NCBI GenBank assembly: GCA_964527925.1
Contig: CAZGQO010000001.1
Coordinates: 491,312-555,311 of the forward strand
Direction of reading: 5' to 3'
Length of the DNA: 64,000 nucleotides
Source: an uncultured Ignavibacteriaceae bacterium
GTDB lineage: Bacteria; Bacteroidota; Ignavibacteria; Ch128b
Below, in pieces: positions 29,871 to 40,931 of this stretch (position 1 is the stretch's first letter; each line of letters begins with the position of its first letter). A program made the translations under genes and the position numbers. The notes beneath the pieces are model-generated. The model did no database searches and was not told the DNA's origin. It saw nothing but the letters and a program-made list of their open reading frames with translations.

Positions 29871-32057
29871 TCATGCAATATCTGATAAAAACAAATTATC
29901 AGAATATCTATGATTCAATACTTTTTTTATGATCTGATGTTCAGGTTTTAAGAGATGGGGATCTCTTTCGACTAATTCAAATGAAAAATTTCTAATTAAT
30001 TCAATTAACTCCTGGTCGCCAAAGATATCAACAAAATTAAATTCTGGTATGCCGCTTTGTTTTGTTCCAAAAATATCTCCAGGTCCACGCAACTTAAAAT
30101 CTATCTCCGCAATCTTGAAACCATCGTTGTATCTTACAAGTGCTTTTAATCTTTCTCTTGCAATTCCTTTAGCAGTTTCGAGTTCAAACAAATCTTTTTT
30201 TGTCATTTTACTGCCTGGAATGACTTCCAATTCACTGACGAGAATACAATAAGATTGTTTATTACTTCGGCCAACTCTTCCTCTTAGCTGATGAAGTTGC
30301 GAAAGTCCAAATCTTTGTGCTTCTTCAATCACAATAATTGTTGCATTTGGATTATCAATTCCAACTTCAATTACAGATGTAGCTACAAGAATTTGAATTT
30401 CACCAGAATTAAATTTGTTCATCACTGTATCTTTTTCTTCAGATGATAAATTTCCATGAACCATTCCCACTGATAAATCGGGGAAAACTTCATTTTTCAA
30501 TCTTTCATAATTTGATATTGCATCTTCAAGATCTAATTTTTCAGATTCTTCAATGATTGGATAAATAATGTAAGCCTGATTGCCCTTTTTAACTTCATCT
30601 CTGATAAACTTGTATAGACTTTGTCTTTTATCTGGTGTGATTGCGTGTGTTTTAATGGGCTTTCTATTTTTAGGCATTGTTTTAATAACTGAAATATCTA
30701 AATCAGAATAAATTGTTAAAGCTAATGTTCGTGGAATTGGAGTGGCAGTCATTACCAGTAAGTGAGGATTCCTTCCTTTTAACTTCAGTTTTGCTCGTTG
30801 AATTACTCCAAATCGATGTTGCTCATCAATTATAACATATCCCAAATTTTTGAATCGAACATTATCTTCAATCAAAGCATGAGTACCTATTAGAATATTC
30901 ATTTCACCAGACTCAATCATTTCTGAGTACTTTTTTCTAACCGATGCTGGCGTTGAGCTTGTCAAAAGTCCAATATTGACAGGAAGGTTATGTAAAAGTT
31001 TCGTGAAATATTTGTAATGCTGAAAAGCTAAAATTTCAGTGGGCACCATTACAGTCACCTGAAAACCATTGTCTACACTTATCAAAGCAGTAATTAAAGC
31101 AACAAGAGTTTTTCCACTGCCAACATCACCCTGCAATAATCTATTCATTGGATAACCACTTCGAAAATCATTGTAAATTTCACGAATCACCTTTTTTTGA
31201 TCATCTGTTAATTCGAAAGGCAACATTTCTTCGATAAATTTTCTTGCATTTTCTCCAACTTTAGAATATTTAATTGATTCATCGAATGATTTGTATTTTT
31301 TTCGAATTAGTGCCGCGAGTAACTGAAAATAAAAAATCTCTTCAAACTTCATTCGTTCTTTTGCTTTGTTGAGCAGATTAAAAGATTCTGGTTGATGCAG
31401 ATTTTTAATCGTTCTAATCAAACTCATTAAATGAAATTTTTTGATAATATAATCAGGCAGAGTCTCTTGTACGCTTGAAAGGTATTTTGCAAGCGCGTTC
31501 TGAATTATTTGTCTGAGCGTGTGTGAACCAAAAGCCCGAGATTTAACTTGAGAAATTCCTCGCAAAGAATACTGCGGAACAATTTTCCCTGTATTGTTCA
31601 GATCAAATTCATCTTCATCCTTTATAATATCAAAAGTTGGATGAATAAAAACAGGTTCATTATTCAAACCTGAATGGATTTTTCCTGAGAAAGCAACGGC
31701 AAGTCCAGGATAAAAAATTTTCGGGAAAAAATTTAATCCTTCAAAGAAAATAATTTTCATCTGACCAGTATCATCATAAAAAACTAATTCAAGAAATTGT
31801 CGCCGTGAAGTAATTCGTTTGTTAACTGATCTAATTTTTCCAATTACAGTAACCTCATTATTTAAATCGTAATTCATCATTCTATAAACATCGGAAATTT
31901 TCAAGACAGTGGTCCTATCATAGTAGCGATAGGGAAAATAAAGAATTAAATCTTCAACATTATGGATGCCGATTGCAATTAAAATTTTTTCGCGGGCTTC
32001 CCCAACCCCTTTGATATATTTTAACTCTGCTAATTGTGCTTTAGGAATATTAAGCAT
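29871..32057 (-). CDS. recG: ATP-dependent DNA helicase RecG
   Basis: RLLQGDVGSGKT, IIDEQHRFGV, MTATPIPRTL, FGLSQLHQLRGRVGR, RGPGDIFGTKQSG. Confidence 0.96.
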   Translation of the reverse strand: MLNIPKAQLAELKYIKGVGEAREKILIAIGIHNVEDLILYFPYRYYDRTTVLKISDVYRMMNYDLNNEVTVIGKIRSVNKRITSRRQFLELVFYDDTGQMKIIFFEGLNFFPKIFYPGLAVAFSGKIHSGLNNEPVFIHPTFDIIKDEDEFDLNNTGKIVPQYSLRGISQVKSRAFGSHTLRQIIQNALAKYLSSVQETLPDYIIKKFHLMSLIRTIKNLHQPESFNLLNKAKERMKFEEIFYFQLLAALIRKKYKSFDESIKYSKVGENARKFIEEMLPFELTDDQKKVIREIYNDFRSGYPMNRLLQGDVGSGKTLVALITALISVDNGFQVTVMVPTEILAFQHYKYFTKLLHNLPVNIGLLTSSTPASVRKKYSEMIESGEMNILIGTHALIEDNVRFKNLGYVIIDEQHRFGVIQRAKLKLKGRNPHLLVMTATPIPRTLALTIYSDLDISVIKTMPKNRKPIKTHAITPDKRQSLYKFIRDEVKKGNQAYIIYPIIEESEKLDLEDAISNYERLKNEVFPDLSVGMVHGNLSSEEKDTVMNKFNSGEIQILVATSVIEVGIDNPNATIIVIEEAQRFGLSQLHQLRGRVGRSNKQSYCILVSELEVIPGSKMTKKDLFELETAKGIARERLKALVRYNDGFKIAEIDFKLRGPGDIFGTKQSGIPEFNFVDIFGDQELIELIRNFSFELVERDPHLLKPEHQIIKKVLNHRYSDNLFLSDIA

Positions 32058-32176
32058 TTTTCTTTGAACAATTTAAAAAATCCTGCTTATTTAATCTTAA
32101 CAATGATTGAGTAAATTGTCCATTAATGAATAATCTGAGAAATGATAATCAGAAATTTTTTTGAATGTAAAAGAAT

Positions 32177-33181
32177 TCAACTCCAGACTTCTTCCTTCGG
32201 CTGCCTTGTCATTAAGTCTGTTGTAGCTACAATAGGATCTTTATCTTCGTAGAGAATTTTATATACTTCTGTACAAATTGGAACTTCAACATTAACTTTT
32301 TTACTCAGCAAGTAAACACTTTTTGATGTTGCAACACCTTCAGCCACCATTTCCATTTCCTGAAGTATTTTATTTAATTTTTTCCCCTTGCCAATTTGTT
32401 CGCCTACATATCTGTTTCTTGAGTACTTACTCATACAGGTTACAATCACATCACCCATACCAGAAAGACCAGCAAAAGTTTCTGGTCGAGCACCAAGTGC
32501 AACACCCAATCTTGAAATTTCAGCAATTCCTCTTGTCATAATTGCAGCTTTAGTATTGTCACCGAATCCAGCACCATCACAAATCCCCGCACCAATAGCA
32601 ATCACATTTTTGAGTGAACCTCCAAGTTCAACTCCAACGATATCTGTTGTTGCATAAACTCTGAAATACGGATTCATAAATTCATTTTGAACAAACTTCG
32701 CTGTCTCAATTGAAGTTGATCCAACTACAACAGCTGTTGGAATTTTTCTTGCAACTTCCTCAGCATGACTTGGTCCGGAAAGAGTTGAAACCTGCTTTTC
32801 ATCAATTGAAGGAAAAACATCTTTAGTAATTTCCGAAACTCTTTTTAATGAAGTAATTTCTATTCCCTTCGCAAGATTTACAATGATTGAATTTTGAATA
32901 TTTTGAAAATTAATTTTTGAAATGATACTTCTCAGATATTGAACTGGAATAGCCAGAACAATGAAATGTTTTTTTGAAACAGCTTCTTCGAGATTTGATG
33001 TGATAAAAATTTCTTCCGGAATCTTTATTCCAGGAAGATAAGTTTTGTTTTCTCTAGATTGCTTTAAGAATTCAGCATATTCAGGCTTGTATTCGAAAAG
33101 AGTTACATTGTGACCATTACTATTCAGAAGAATTGAGATAGTAGTTCCCCAGCCGCCAGCACCGATTACAGAACAATTCAT
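32177..33181 (-). CDS. gpsA: NAD(P)H-dependent glycerol-3-phosphate dehydrogenase
   Basis: GAGGWGT, LSGPSHAEEV, GGSLKNVIA, GLSGMGDVIVTC, SRNRYVG. Confidence 0.95.
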   Translation of the reverse strand: MNCSVIGAGGWGTTISILLNSNGHNVTLFEYKPEYAEFLKQSRENKTYLPGIKIPEEIFITSNLEEAVSKKHFIVLAIPVQYLRSIISKINFQNIQNSIIVNLAKGIEITSLKRVSEITKDVFPSIDEKQVSTLSGPSHAEEVARKIPTAVVVGSTSIETAKFVQNEFMNPYFRVYATTDIVGVELGGSLKNVIAIGAGICDGAGFGDNTKAAIMTRGIAEISRLGVALGARPETFAGLSGMGDVIVTCMSKYSRNRYVGEQIGKGKKLNKILQEMEMVAEGVATSKSVYLLSKKVNVEVPICTEVYKILYEDKDPIVATTDLMTRQPKEEVWS

Positions 33182-33183
33182 AT

Positions 33184-33864
33184 TTAATTTGATTTTTTAT
33201 GAATAAGAGGAATCCGTTTGATCCGATTTTCTGTTCCTTCAATCAATCTCTTGATGTTAGAACGATGTGTGTAGGTAATGAAAATGGCAATGAAGATTGA
33301 GAATGCAATTAAGGTGTGATATCCCTGTATATGAACATGAAAAATATTTTCTCTTATAAACAGAATTATGGGCAAAGCAATAGCTGCACTAATAGAACCA
33401 AGTGAAACATAACGAAATTTTAAAATCATAAATAAAAACACAGCAGCTGCAATCAGTACATCAATTATCATTAAACTTGCTGCCATACCTACAGCAGTTG
33501 CCATTCCTTTTCCGCCTTTAAATCCTGCAAAGACAGTAAACACATGACCAATTACAGCACAAATACCAGCAAGCAATTGAATAAAGGTAAAGTCATCAAA
33601 GGGAGTTGGATTTTCGAAAGGCATTTCAGTTAAAAAGAACAATCGTGCAATAAATACAACTGCTACAACACCTTTGAACGCGTCAAAAAGCATAACCAAT
33701 ATTCCATATTTCCAGCCAAGGACACGAAATACATTTGTTCCACCAGCGTTTCCACTGCCATAATTTCTTATATCAATTCCAGCAGCTAATTTACTTACGA
33801 TTATTGCAGTTGGAATTGATCCAACCAGATAAGACAAAACAAGAATTAGAATTATAGTTAACAT
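33184..33864 (-). CDS. plsY: Glycerol-3-phosphate acyltransferase PlsY
   Basis: YLVGSIP, DIRNYGSGNAGGTNVFR, GHVFTVFAGFKGGKGMAT, HRSNIKRL. Confidence 0.94.
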   Translation of the reverse strand: MLTIILILVLSYLVGSIPTAIIVSKLAAGIDIRNYGSGNAGGTNVFRVLGWKYGILVMLFDAFKGVVAVVFIARLFFLTEMPFENPTPFDDFTFIQLLAGICAVIGHVFTVFAGFKGGKGMATAVGMAASLMIIDVLIAAAVFLFMILKFRYVSLGSISAAIALPIILFIRENIFHVHIQGYHTLIAFSIFIAIFITYTHRSNIKRLIEGTENRIKRIPLIHKKSN

Positions 33865-33939
33865 ACAAACCTATAATTGATTTATTTCTAAAATTTTGAA
33901 GTTAAACTTATTCATTTAATTAATATTTAGCAAGATTTT

Positions 33940-34623
33940 TCAAACCAAAAATTTTCTTGCAAATTCAAGGTCTAATTGATTTGTAATCTTACGATTTTCT
34001 CCTCGAGTCTGATAGAAGTAAATATCAACGCCCAATCGCTCGACAAGCGATGCCTCGTCTGTCCCGTAAAAATTTTCACTGTATGCTTTGTCAAAAGCTT
34101 TTTTCAATATTTCGTAAGTGAAAACCTGCGGAGTTTGAACAAGCCAGACTTTATTTCTATCAAGTGTCGACTCAACTTTATCAGTTCCTGTTTTGATTGT
34201 ATCGATTGCTTTTGAAGCCGCAATCACACATTTCTTTTTCGTTGCAAATTTTATAATCTCATCAATCTCGTCTGAAGAAATAAAAGGTCTCACTGCATCG
34301 TGAACACAAATTAAATTATTATTAGAAGCCTGACAATTAAGCAACGCTTGATAAACAGAATCCTGTCTTTCTTTTCCACCAACTACAATTTTTGAAACTT
34401 TCGAGATAAAATATTTATCAATAAGTTTTTCAGTCAAATCAATAAAATTTTTGTTCGTTGCGATTATAATTTCATCAACTTTTTTTGCTTTTTGAAATTT
34501 TAAGAGAGTATGAATAAGAATTTCTATTTTATTTACTTTTAAAAATTGTTTAGGCAAAGGAGCTTTCAATCTTTTTCCTTTGCCTGCTGATGGAATTAGA
34601 ACGATTGTTTTCATTATAACCAA
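33940..34623 (-). CDS. ispD: 2-C-methyl-D-erythritol 4-phosphate cytidylyltransferase
   Basis: SAGKGKRL..PKQFL, GGKERQDSV, VHDAVRP, VQTPQVF, TDEASLVE, KIT. Confidence 0.93.
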   Translation of the reverse strand: MVIMKTIVLIPSAGKGKRLKAPLPKQFLKVNKIEILIHTLLKFQKAKKVDEIIIATNKNFIDLTEKLIDKYFISKVSKIVVGGKERQDSVYQALLNCQASNNNLICVHDAVRPFISSDEIDEIIKFATKKKCVIAASKAIDTIKTGTDKVESTLDRNKVWLVQTPQVFTYEILKKAFDKAYSENFYGTDEASLVERLGVDIYFYQTRGENRKITNQLDLEFARKFLV

Positions 34624-34635
34624 AAAAGATTTGAA

Positions 34636-35703
34636 TCAAATAATCAGCATTGCATCGCCGTAACTCAGGAAACGATAACCATCTTTAATAGCTTTTTTGT
34701 AAGCTTTCATGGTGAATTCATATCCAGCAAATGCAGCGACAAGCATTAACAAGGTAGATTCTGGTGCGTGGAAGTTAGTTATTAATGCATCAACTATCTT
34801 GAAATCATAAGGCGGGAAGATGAATTTGTCTGTCCAGCCTTTATTTGGTGCGGAAAGTCTGCTTGCCGTTACACTTGTTTCAAGAGCTCTAACAGTACTT
34901 GTTCCAACTGCAAACACGCGACCTTTGTTTAAGATGGTCTTATTTATTGCTTCAGATGTGGCTTCTGAAATTTCATAATATTCAGAATCCATTCGATGTT
35001 TAGTTAAATCTTCAACTTCAACTGGTCTGAAAGTACCAAGTCCAATGTGCAAAATTACAGGCACAATTTTAACGCCCTTCTTTTCAATTTTCTTGAGAAG
35101 TCGAGAAGTGAAATGCAGGCCTGCTGTTGGCGCAGCCACTGAACCTGAAACACTTGCATAAACTGTTTGATAATTTTTTCTATCTGCAGGAACTGGCTCT
35201 CTCTTAATATATGGCGGTAGTGGAACAGTTCCAATCTTTTCGACTATTTCCATGACATTAGCATCTGTCAAAAATCTAATCGTTCTACCTCTTGAAGTAG
35301 TGTTATCAATAATTTCACAAACCAATCCTTCATCAAAATAAATTTTATTTCCAATTCTAACTTTACGAGCTGGTTCAACAATCACATCCCAGATTTTATC
35401 CTGAGCATTCAACTCTCTAAGCAAAAAGACTTCTATCTTTGCACCGGTTTTTTCTTTTCTACCAAACAATCTGGCAGGAAAAACTCTTGTTTGGTTTACA
35501 ACCAGACAATCACCTTTTTTAAAGTAATCAACAATGTCAGAAAATTTTTTATCTCCAATTGATTGGTATTCTCTATTAAGCACCATTAATCTACATGCAT
35601 CTCTTGGAGTGACAGGAAATTTTGCAATTAAATTTTTCGGAAGTACATACTTAAAATCAGATAACTTTAATTCTCTATCTGTCAAATCAAAAGTGTTTTT
35701 CAT
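34636..35703 (-). CDS. queA: S-adenosylmethionine:tRNA ribosyltransferase-isomerase
   Basis: PLPPYIKR, YQTVYA, VAAPTAGLHF, LHIGLGTFRPV, VGTSTVRALE, ITNFHAPESTL, FLSYGDAM. Confidence 0.96.
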   Translation of the reverse strand: MKNTFDLTDRELKLSDFKYVLPKNLIAKFPVTPRDACRLMVLNREYQSIGDKKFSDIVDYFKKGDCLVVNQTRVFPARLFGRKEKTGAKIEVFLLRELNAQDKIWDVIVEPARKVRIGNKIYFDEGLVCEIIDNTTSRGRTIRFLTDANVMEIVEKIGTVPLPPYIKREPVPADRKNYQTVYASVSGSVAAPTAGLHFTSRLLKKIEKKGVKIVPVILHIGLGTFRPVEVEDLTKHRMDSEYYEISEATSEAINKTILNKGRVFAVGTSTVRALETSVTASRLSAPNKGWTDKFIFPPYDFKIVDALITNFHAPESTLLMLVAAFAGYEFTMKAYKKAIKDGYRFLSYGDAMLII

Positions 35704-35748
35704 ATCTCACTTTTCTCTAATTGTTCAACATAAATATTAATGATAATC

Positions 35749-35778
35749 AGAGCTTTCAGGCATTAACCTGAAAGCTCT
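35749..35778 (-). terminator. Hairpin downstream of ppdK (terminator-like)
   Basis: 12-bp inverted repeat AGAGCTTTCAGG-CATTAA-CCTGAAAGCTCT just after the ppdK stop. The U-tract is weak. Confidence 0.6.
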
Positions 35779-35787
35779 TCAAAAAGA

Positions 35788-38583
35788 TTATCTCTTCTTT
35801 GATTTTTTGATTGTTCTTTTTGTAACCTTTTTACTGCTTTTTGCTGAGGGTTTGGACAATTTTTCAAGAACAACTGCTCTTGCAGCAGCTAATCTTGCAA
35901 TTGGTACACGGAATGGTGAACAGCTCACATAATCCAATCCAATTCTATGACAGAACATCACTGAATCAGGTTCACCACCGTGTTCACCACAAATTCCAAC
36001 TTTTAGATTTAGTCTTGTTGATCTTCCTTTTTCAACACCTAACTTCATCAACTCACCAACACCATTGATATCAATCGATTCAAATGGGTCTCTTGGTAAA
36101 ATATCCTGTTCAACATAAGCTGGCAGAAATTTTCCAGAGTCATCACGAGATAGACCAAATGTAGTCTGAGTTAAGTCGTTTGTACCGAATGAGAAAAATT
36201 CAGCTACTTGAGCAATTTCATTTGCAGTTACACAGGCTCTTGGCAATTCGACCATAGTTCCGATAGTATAATCGATTATCTTGCCCATCTCGTTCATAAC
36301 TTCACCGGCTACTCTACGCACAATTTTTTCTTGAAGTTTCAATTCATTCACATGTCCAACCAATGGAATCATAATTTCAGGAAATACTTTGATTCCTTTT
36401 TTCTTGACATTGCAGGCTGCTTCAAAAATTGCACGAGCTTGCATTTCGGTAATCTCTGGGTAGCTGATACCTAAACGACATCCACGGAAACCTAACATTG
36501 GGTTGAATTCTTTCATACTTTCGATTTTATTTTTCACTTCTTCGAAAGACATTCCCATTCTATCCGCAAGCTCTTGAATATCTTTATCTTCATGTGGTAA
36601 GAATTCATGCAATGGTGGATCAAGAGTTCTAATAGTTACAGGTCTGCCTTCCATTACTTCAAATATTCCTTCAAAGTCACCTCTTTGAAGCGGCAAGAGT
36701 TTATTCAATGCACGTTTTCTTTCCTCCAGGGTATTTGAAAGAATCATTTCACGGACAGCCTGAATTCTATCGCCTTCAAAAAACATATGTTCGGTTCTGC
36801 AAAGACCAATACCTTCTGCACCGAAAGCAATTGCATTTTTAGATTGTTCTGGTGTATCAGCATTAGTTCTAATTTTTAACCTTCTAAATTTATCAGCCCA
36901 GCTCATCAAGTCAGCATATTTTTGATAAACTGGTGCATCTTTTGGATCAAGAGTTTTTTGAATGAGAACCTGTATTATTTCTGATGGTTTGGTTTGAATT
37001 TGTCCGATGAATACTTCACCTGTTGTTCCGTCTAAAGAGATATAATCCCCTTGACGAATGACTACATCTTTCCCTTTAACTTTCATCAGCTGTTGATTGT
37101 AATCGATTTCAAGGTCACCGCAACCAGCAACGCAAACTTTACCCATTTGTCTTGCAACTAACGCTGCGTGAGAAGTCATTCCGCCGCGAGCAGTTAAAAT
37201 TCCTTCAGCAGCATTCATTCCTCTTATATCTTCAGGAGAAGTTTCAATTCTAACAAGAATAACTTTTTCACCTCTCTTTGCCCATTCTTCTGCATCAGGT
37301 GCACTGAAAACAACACGACCTGTTGCTGCACCAGGACCGGCATTCAAACCTTTTGCGACTAATCTTCCTTCTTCAATTGCTTTTCGTTTTTCATTGTGAT
37401 CAAAAATTGGTCTGAGTAATTGATTTAATTGATCAGGTTCAATTCTTCTGATTGCTTCTTCTTTGGAGATCAGTTTCTCGTTAACCATATCGACAGCCAT
37501 CGTGACAGCAGCAAATCCAGTTCTCTTTCCAACTCGGCATTGCAGCATCCAGAGTTTCCCTTGCTGTACAGTGAATTCAATATCCATCATTTCTTTGTAG
37601 TGTTTCTCAAGAATCTTTCTGATTCTTTCAAGTTGATTGTAAATTTCAGGTTTAGTTTCTTTTAAAGTTTTGATTTGTTGTGGAGTTCTAATTCCTGCAA
37701 CAACATCCTCACCCTGAGCATTGATTAGATATTCACCATAAAATTCATTTTCACCGGTGGCGGGGTCACGAGTGAATGCAACACCTGTTAATGAATCATC
37801 GCCCATATTTCCGAAGACCATTGCCTGAACATTAACCGCAGTTCCCCAATCTTCTGGAATATTATTTAATTTTCTGTAAGCTTTTGCTCTTTCGTTATTC
37901 CACGAGCCGAAAACAGCACCAATTGCACCCCAGAGCTGTTCCCATGGATCTGTTGGAAAATCATGACCAGTTTTTGCTTTTATTTCTGCTTTGAATTCTT
38001 CGACTAATTCTTTTAAGTCTTCGGTTGTAAGTTCAATATCCTGAGTGATTCCTCTTTCATGTTTTTTCTTTTCAATGATTGCTTCGAAAGGATCAATTTC
38101 ATTTTTGTGTTGAGGTTTCAAACCAAGAACAACATCACCATACATTTGAACAAATCTTCGATACGAATCATAAGCAAATCTTGGATTATTTGTTTTCTTG
38201 ATTAATCCTTGAACGGTTTCATCATTCAAGCCGAGATTGAGAACTGTATCCATCATACCGGGCATTGAAGCTCTTGCACCGGAACGAACAGAAACAAGCA
38301 AAGGATTTTCTGGGTCGCCAAATTTTGCGCCCATAATTGATTCAACTTTTTTAAGAGCTTCTTTAACCTGCTTTTCCAGTTCTCTGGGATAAGTTCTATT
38401 GTGTTTATAAAAATAAGTACAGACTTCTGTTGTGATTGTGAATCCAGCTGGCACTGGTAAGCCGATGTTGACCATTTCAGCGAGGTTGGCTCCTTTGCCA
38501 CCCAAAAGTTCTTTCATATCGGCTCGTCCTTCGGCTTTTTTACCACCGAAGAAATAGACATATTTTTTAGCTGCTTTTGCCAT
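35788..38583 (-). CDS. ppdK: Pyruvate, phosphate dikinase
   Basis: [48 protein letters not shown] (phospho-His), [26 protein letters not shown]. Confidence 0.97.
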   Translation of the reverse strand: MAKAAKKYVYFFGGKKAEGRADMKELLGGKGANLAEMVNIGLPVPAGFTITTEVCTYFYKHNRTYPRELEKQVKEALKKVESIMGAKFGDPENPLLVSVRSGARASMPGMMDTVLNLGLNDETVQGLIKKTNNPRFAYDSYRRFVQMYGDVVLGLKPQHKNEIDPFEAIIEKKKHERGITQDIELTTEDLKELVEEFKAEIKAKTGHDFPTDPWEQLWGAIGAVFGSWNNERAKAYRKLNNIPEDWGTAVNVQAMVFGNMGDDSLTGVAFTRDPATGENEFYGEYLINAQGEDVVAGIRTPQQIKTLKETKPEIYNQLERIRKILEKHYKEMMDIEFTVQQGKLWMLQCRVGKRTGFAAVTMAVDMVNEKLISKEEAIRRIEPDQLNQLLRPIFDHNEKRKAIEEGRLVAKGLNAGPGAATGRVVFSAPDAEEWAKRGEKVILVRIETSPEDIRGMNAAEGILTARGGMTSHAALVARQMGKVCVAGCGDLEIDYNQQLMKVKGKDVVIRQGDYISLDGTTGEVFIGQIQTKPSEIIQVLIQKTLDPKDAPVYQKYADLMSWADKFRRLKIRTNADTPEQSKNAIAFGAEGIGLCRTEHMFFEGDRIQAVREMILSNTLEERKRALNKLLPLQRGDFEGIFEVMEGRPVTIRTLDPPLHEFLPHEDKDIQELADRMGMSFEEVKNKIESMKEFNPMLGFRGCRLGISYPEITEMQARAIFEAACNVKKKGIKVFPEIMIPLVGHVNELKLQEKIVRRVAGEVMNEMGKIIDYTIGTMVELPRACVTANEIAQVAEFFSFGTNDLTQTTFGLSRDDSGKFLPAYVEQDILPRDPFESIDINGVGELMKLGVEKGRSTRLNLKVGICGEHGGEPDSVMFCHRIGLDYVSCSPFRVPIARLAAARAVVLEKLSKPSAKSSKKVTKRTIKKSKKR

Positions 38584-38598
38584 ACTGTTCTTACTCCA

Positions 38599-39285
38599 TT
38601 ATTTAATTTGACATTTAATAAACCAGTTTAAAATTTCTTTTGAAAAGGGATTTTCATTTTTATCTTTCACTCTCTCCGGATGCCATTGAACAAGAAGAAG
38701 CGGAGATTTGTTTGAAGGATTTTTCCACTCCAGTGCTTCAATTATTCCATCTTCAGAAATTGCACTCACGGTAAGTTCTTCTGCTACTTTATCAACTGCC
38801 TGATGATGCGAACTATTTACTTTTCCTTCAACTTTTTTTGTGACCTGATTTAGCAAAGAGTTTTCCTGAACTTTCACATTATGAATTAAATCGTCATCAC
38901 CTGAATTATTTTTATGATTATCAATGTGCTGAAAAAGACTTCCTCCAAGATGAGCATTTGTTAGTTGTAATCCTCTGCAAATACCAAGAATTGGTAAATT
39001 ATTTTTCAATGCAATATCGATTAAACTTCTTTCAAAATTATCTCTTTCATAATCAATGTTTTTTGATAATTGAAGTTCGTTTGATTGACCATATATTTCT
39101 GGATTGATATCGCTGCCGCCTGTGAGAAGTAATGCTGAACATTCGGTTAGTTTCTCAGGAGAGTTTATTGAATGATGCAGTTTAATTATTTCTACAAAAT
39201 CACCAGCCGATTGTAACCACTCTTCATAAAATTTTATTTTAGAACCATAATATGAAACACCAATCTTCAATTGTTTTTTAGACAT
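38599..39285 (-). CDS. Peptidase C26 / gamma-glutamyl-gamma-aminobutyrate hydrolase family (class I glutamine amidotransferase-like)
   Basis: LLLTGGSDI, PILGICRGLQ, VNSSHHQAV, VQWHPE. Confidence 0.88.
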   Translation of the reverse strand: MSKKQLKIGVSYYGSKIKFYEEWLQSAGDFVEIIKLHHSINSPEKLTECSALLLTGGSDINPEIYGQSNELQLSKNIDYERDNFERSLIDIALKNNLPILGICRGLQLTNAHLGGSLFQHIDNHKNNSGDDDLIHNVKVQENSLLNQVTKKVEGKVNSSHHQAVDKVAEELTVSAISEDGIIEALEWKNPSNKSPLLLVQWHPERVKDKNENPFSKEILNWFIKCQIK

Positions 39286-40316
39286 AGAATCTCGTTAATT
39301 AATTCATCCTCATTTTGAATTTCAGCTGTGATTTTCGTTGAATAGAGGAAAACCCCAGCTCTCTTAAACTCATCTTTGAATTTTGTAAGCCGAACAAAGT
39401 CCTTTTCGGTCGTGATTAGGTTTTTACACCCAAATTTTTCTGCAAATTTAAGCAATAATTTTAAATCTTCTAAATTATAGTAATGATGATCCGGGAAAGA
39501 TTTGAAGAATTTGAATGGAATATTATTGTTTTCAAAAAGATTTCTAAATGAATCAGGTTGAGCGATTCCGCAAAAAATTCCATTATTCTCTGTTTGCATT
39601 TCATCAATTGGAATCGTTTGGTTATCAAAATTCTTGAATGCATCAAGTTTATATCTGGCGATAAACTTTTTTCTATCATTGATATTTGCAAAATCAAAGT
39701 CTTCAAACTTTTTATTTACAATCAAGCAATCGTAATTATGAATATTCTTTCTACTCTCTCTCAAATTGCCAGCGGGCAGCAAAAGTTTTTCAAGAATTTG
39801 TTTTGAAAAATAATTCTTATCAATCAAACAAATTGAATAATCTTTTTTCACCGACAGGTTTTGCAGTCCATCATCCATTAAAATAAAATCATATTTATTT
39901 TCTTCATTTAATTTTTTCAGTGCCTTTATTCTATCTTCAGAAACAAAAACCTTAGCTTGAGTTAGATTCATTTTAATCAAAACAGGTTCATCGCCAAAAA
40001 ACTCAGCATCGTTTGATGTGACTTCATGAAAACCACTGGATTTTCTTTTATATCCTCTGCTCAAAATTGCAACTTGATTTCCTCTCTGGATCAAACTTTC
40101 AGCAATTTTTAAGATTAGCTGTGATTTACCTGTCCCGCCAACTCTGATATTTCCAACGCAAACTATAGGAATTTTGGAATTGAAAATTTCTATTCGAAAA
40201 ATTTTCCTTAAGGCGTTTGTGTTGTAGACAATACTTTTGATGGTTAATCCTAACCAGTAAAATCCTGAAAGAGGTAATAACAATAATCTTAAATAATGAG
40301 TAAGATTCATTTTCAA
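39267..40316 (-). CDS. lpxK: Tetraacyldisaccharide 4'-kinase
   Basis: PIVCVGNIRVGGTGKS, LSRGY, GDEP, LMDDGLQ, LLPAGNLRE, FPDHHYY, ITTEKD. Confidence 0.93.
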   Translation of the reverse strand: MKMNLTHYLRLLLLPLSGFYWLGLTIKSIVYNTNALRKIFRIEIFNSKIPIVCVGNIRVGGTGKSQLILKIAESLIQRGNQVAILSRGYKRKSSGFHEVTSNDAEFFGDEPVLIKMNLTQAKVFVSEDRIKALKKLNEENKYDFILMDDGLQNLSVKKDYSICLIDKNYFSKQILEKLLLPAGNLRESRKNIHNYDCLIVNKKFEDFDFANINDRKKFIARYKLDAFKNFDNQTIPIDEMQTENNGIFCGIAQPDSFRNLFENNNIPFKFFKSFPDHHYYNLEDLKLLLKFAEKFGCKNLITTEKDFVRLTKFKDEFKRAGVFLYSTKITAEIQNEDELINEILCLKNN

Positions 40317-40930
40317 ATTGATTTATTTGATAAAGCTACAAGTTCCTTTTCGAGTTGAGTTCTGATTCTCTCGTATTCTTCATTGGATAAACCAGCAGGA
40401 AAAGATTTAGGATTTGACAGGAAAACATCCACTCTTGAGAAAGGCTTTGGCAATTCAAATTTATCCCAGCTGTTGAAGACGATTTTTTTATCGTAACGAA
40501 CTCCACAAAGAATGATAGATTTACCTGCACGAACCGCTGCTATTAAACCGCCTATTTTCATTTTTTGTGATGGACCACGAGGACCATCCGGGGTAATTGC
40601 AAGATTGTATCCAGATTTAAGAGCTTCAACCATCTGATTCATCACTTCTTTTGAATCACGAGAACTCGAACCACGAATCAATCGATAACCCCATGATTGC
40701 AATAATCTTGAAAGTATCTCGCCATCTTTGCTCTGACTTACAACGCCGTAAAAATTATTTTTTCTTCCAAGCCACCAACCAGCCAGCATTTTCCCGTGCC
40801 AGAACATTAAAACATAATTTTCTTTTTGCAGAACCGTTTCGTTATGAACGAAAATTTTTAATGTTTTGAAAATTAGATTTATAAGAGGTGGTAAAATTTT
40901 AATTCCCAATGATTGTATAAATTTCTTCAT
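40313..40930 (-). CDS. DUF374 lysophospholipid acyltransferase family protein (LpxJ-like)
   Basis: FWHG, VSQSKDGE, RGSSSR, AITPDGPRGP, SWDKFELPKPFS. Lies between lpxB and lpxK. Confidence 0.8.
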   Translation of the reverse strand: MKKFIQSLGIKILPPLINLIFKTLKIFVHNETVLQKENYVLMFWHGKMLAGWWLGRKNNFYGVVSQSKDGEILSRLLQSWGYRLIRGSSSRDSKEVMNQMVEALKSGYNLAITPDGPRGPSQKMKIGGLIAAVRAGKSIILCGVRYDKKIVFNSWDKFELPKPFSRVDVFLSNPKSFPAGLSNEEYERIRTQLEKELVALSNKSI

Positions 40931-40931
40931 A

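Noticed and set aside
35703-35788. preQ1 riboswitch upstream of queA
   Set aside because: Only a simple terminator-like hairpin and AT-rich sequence are present, with no preQ1 consensus.
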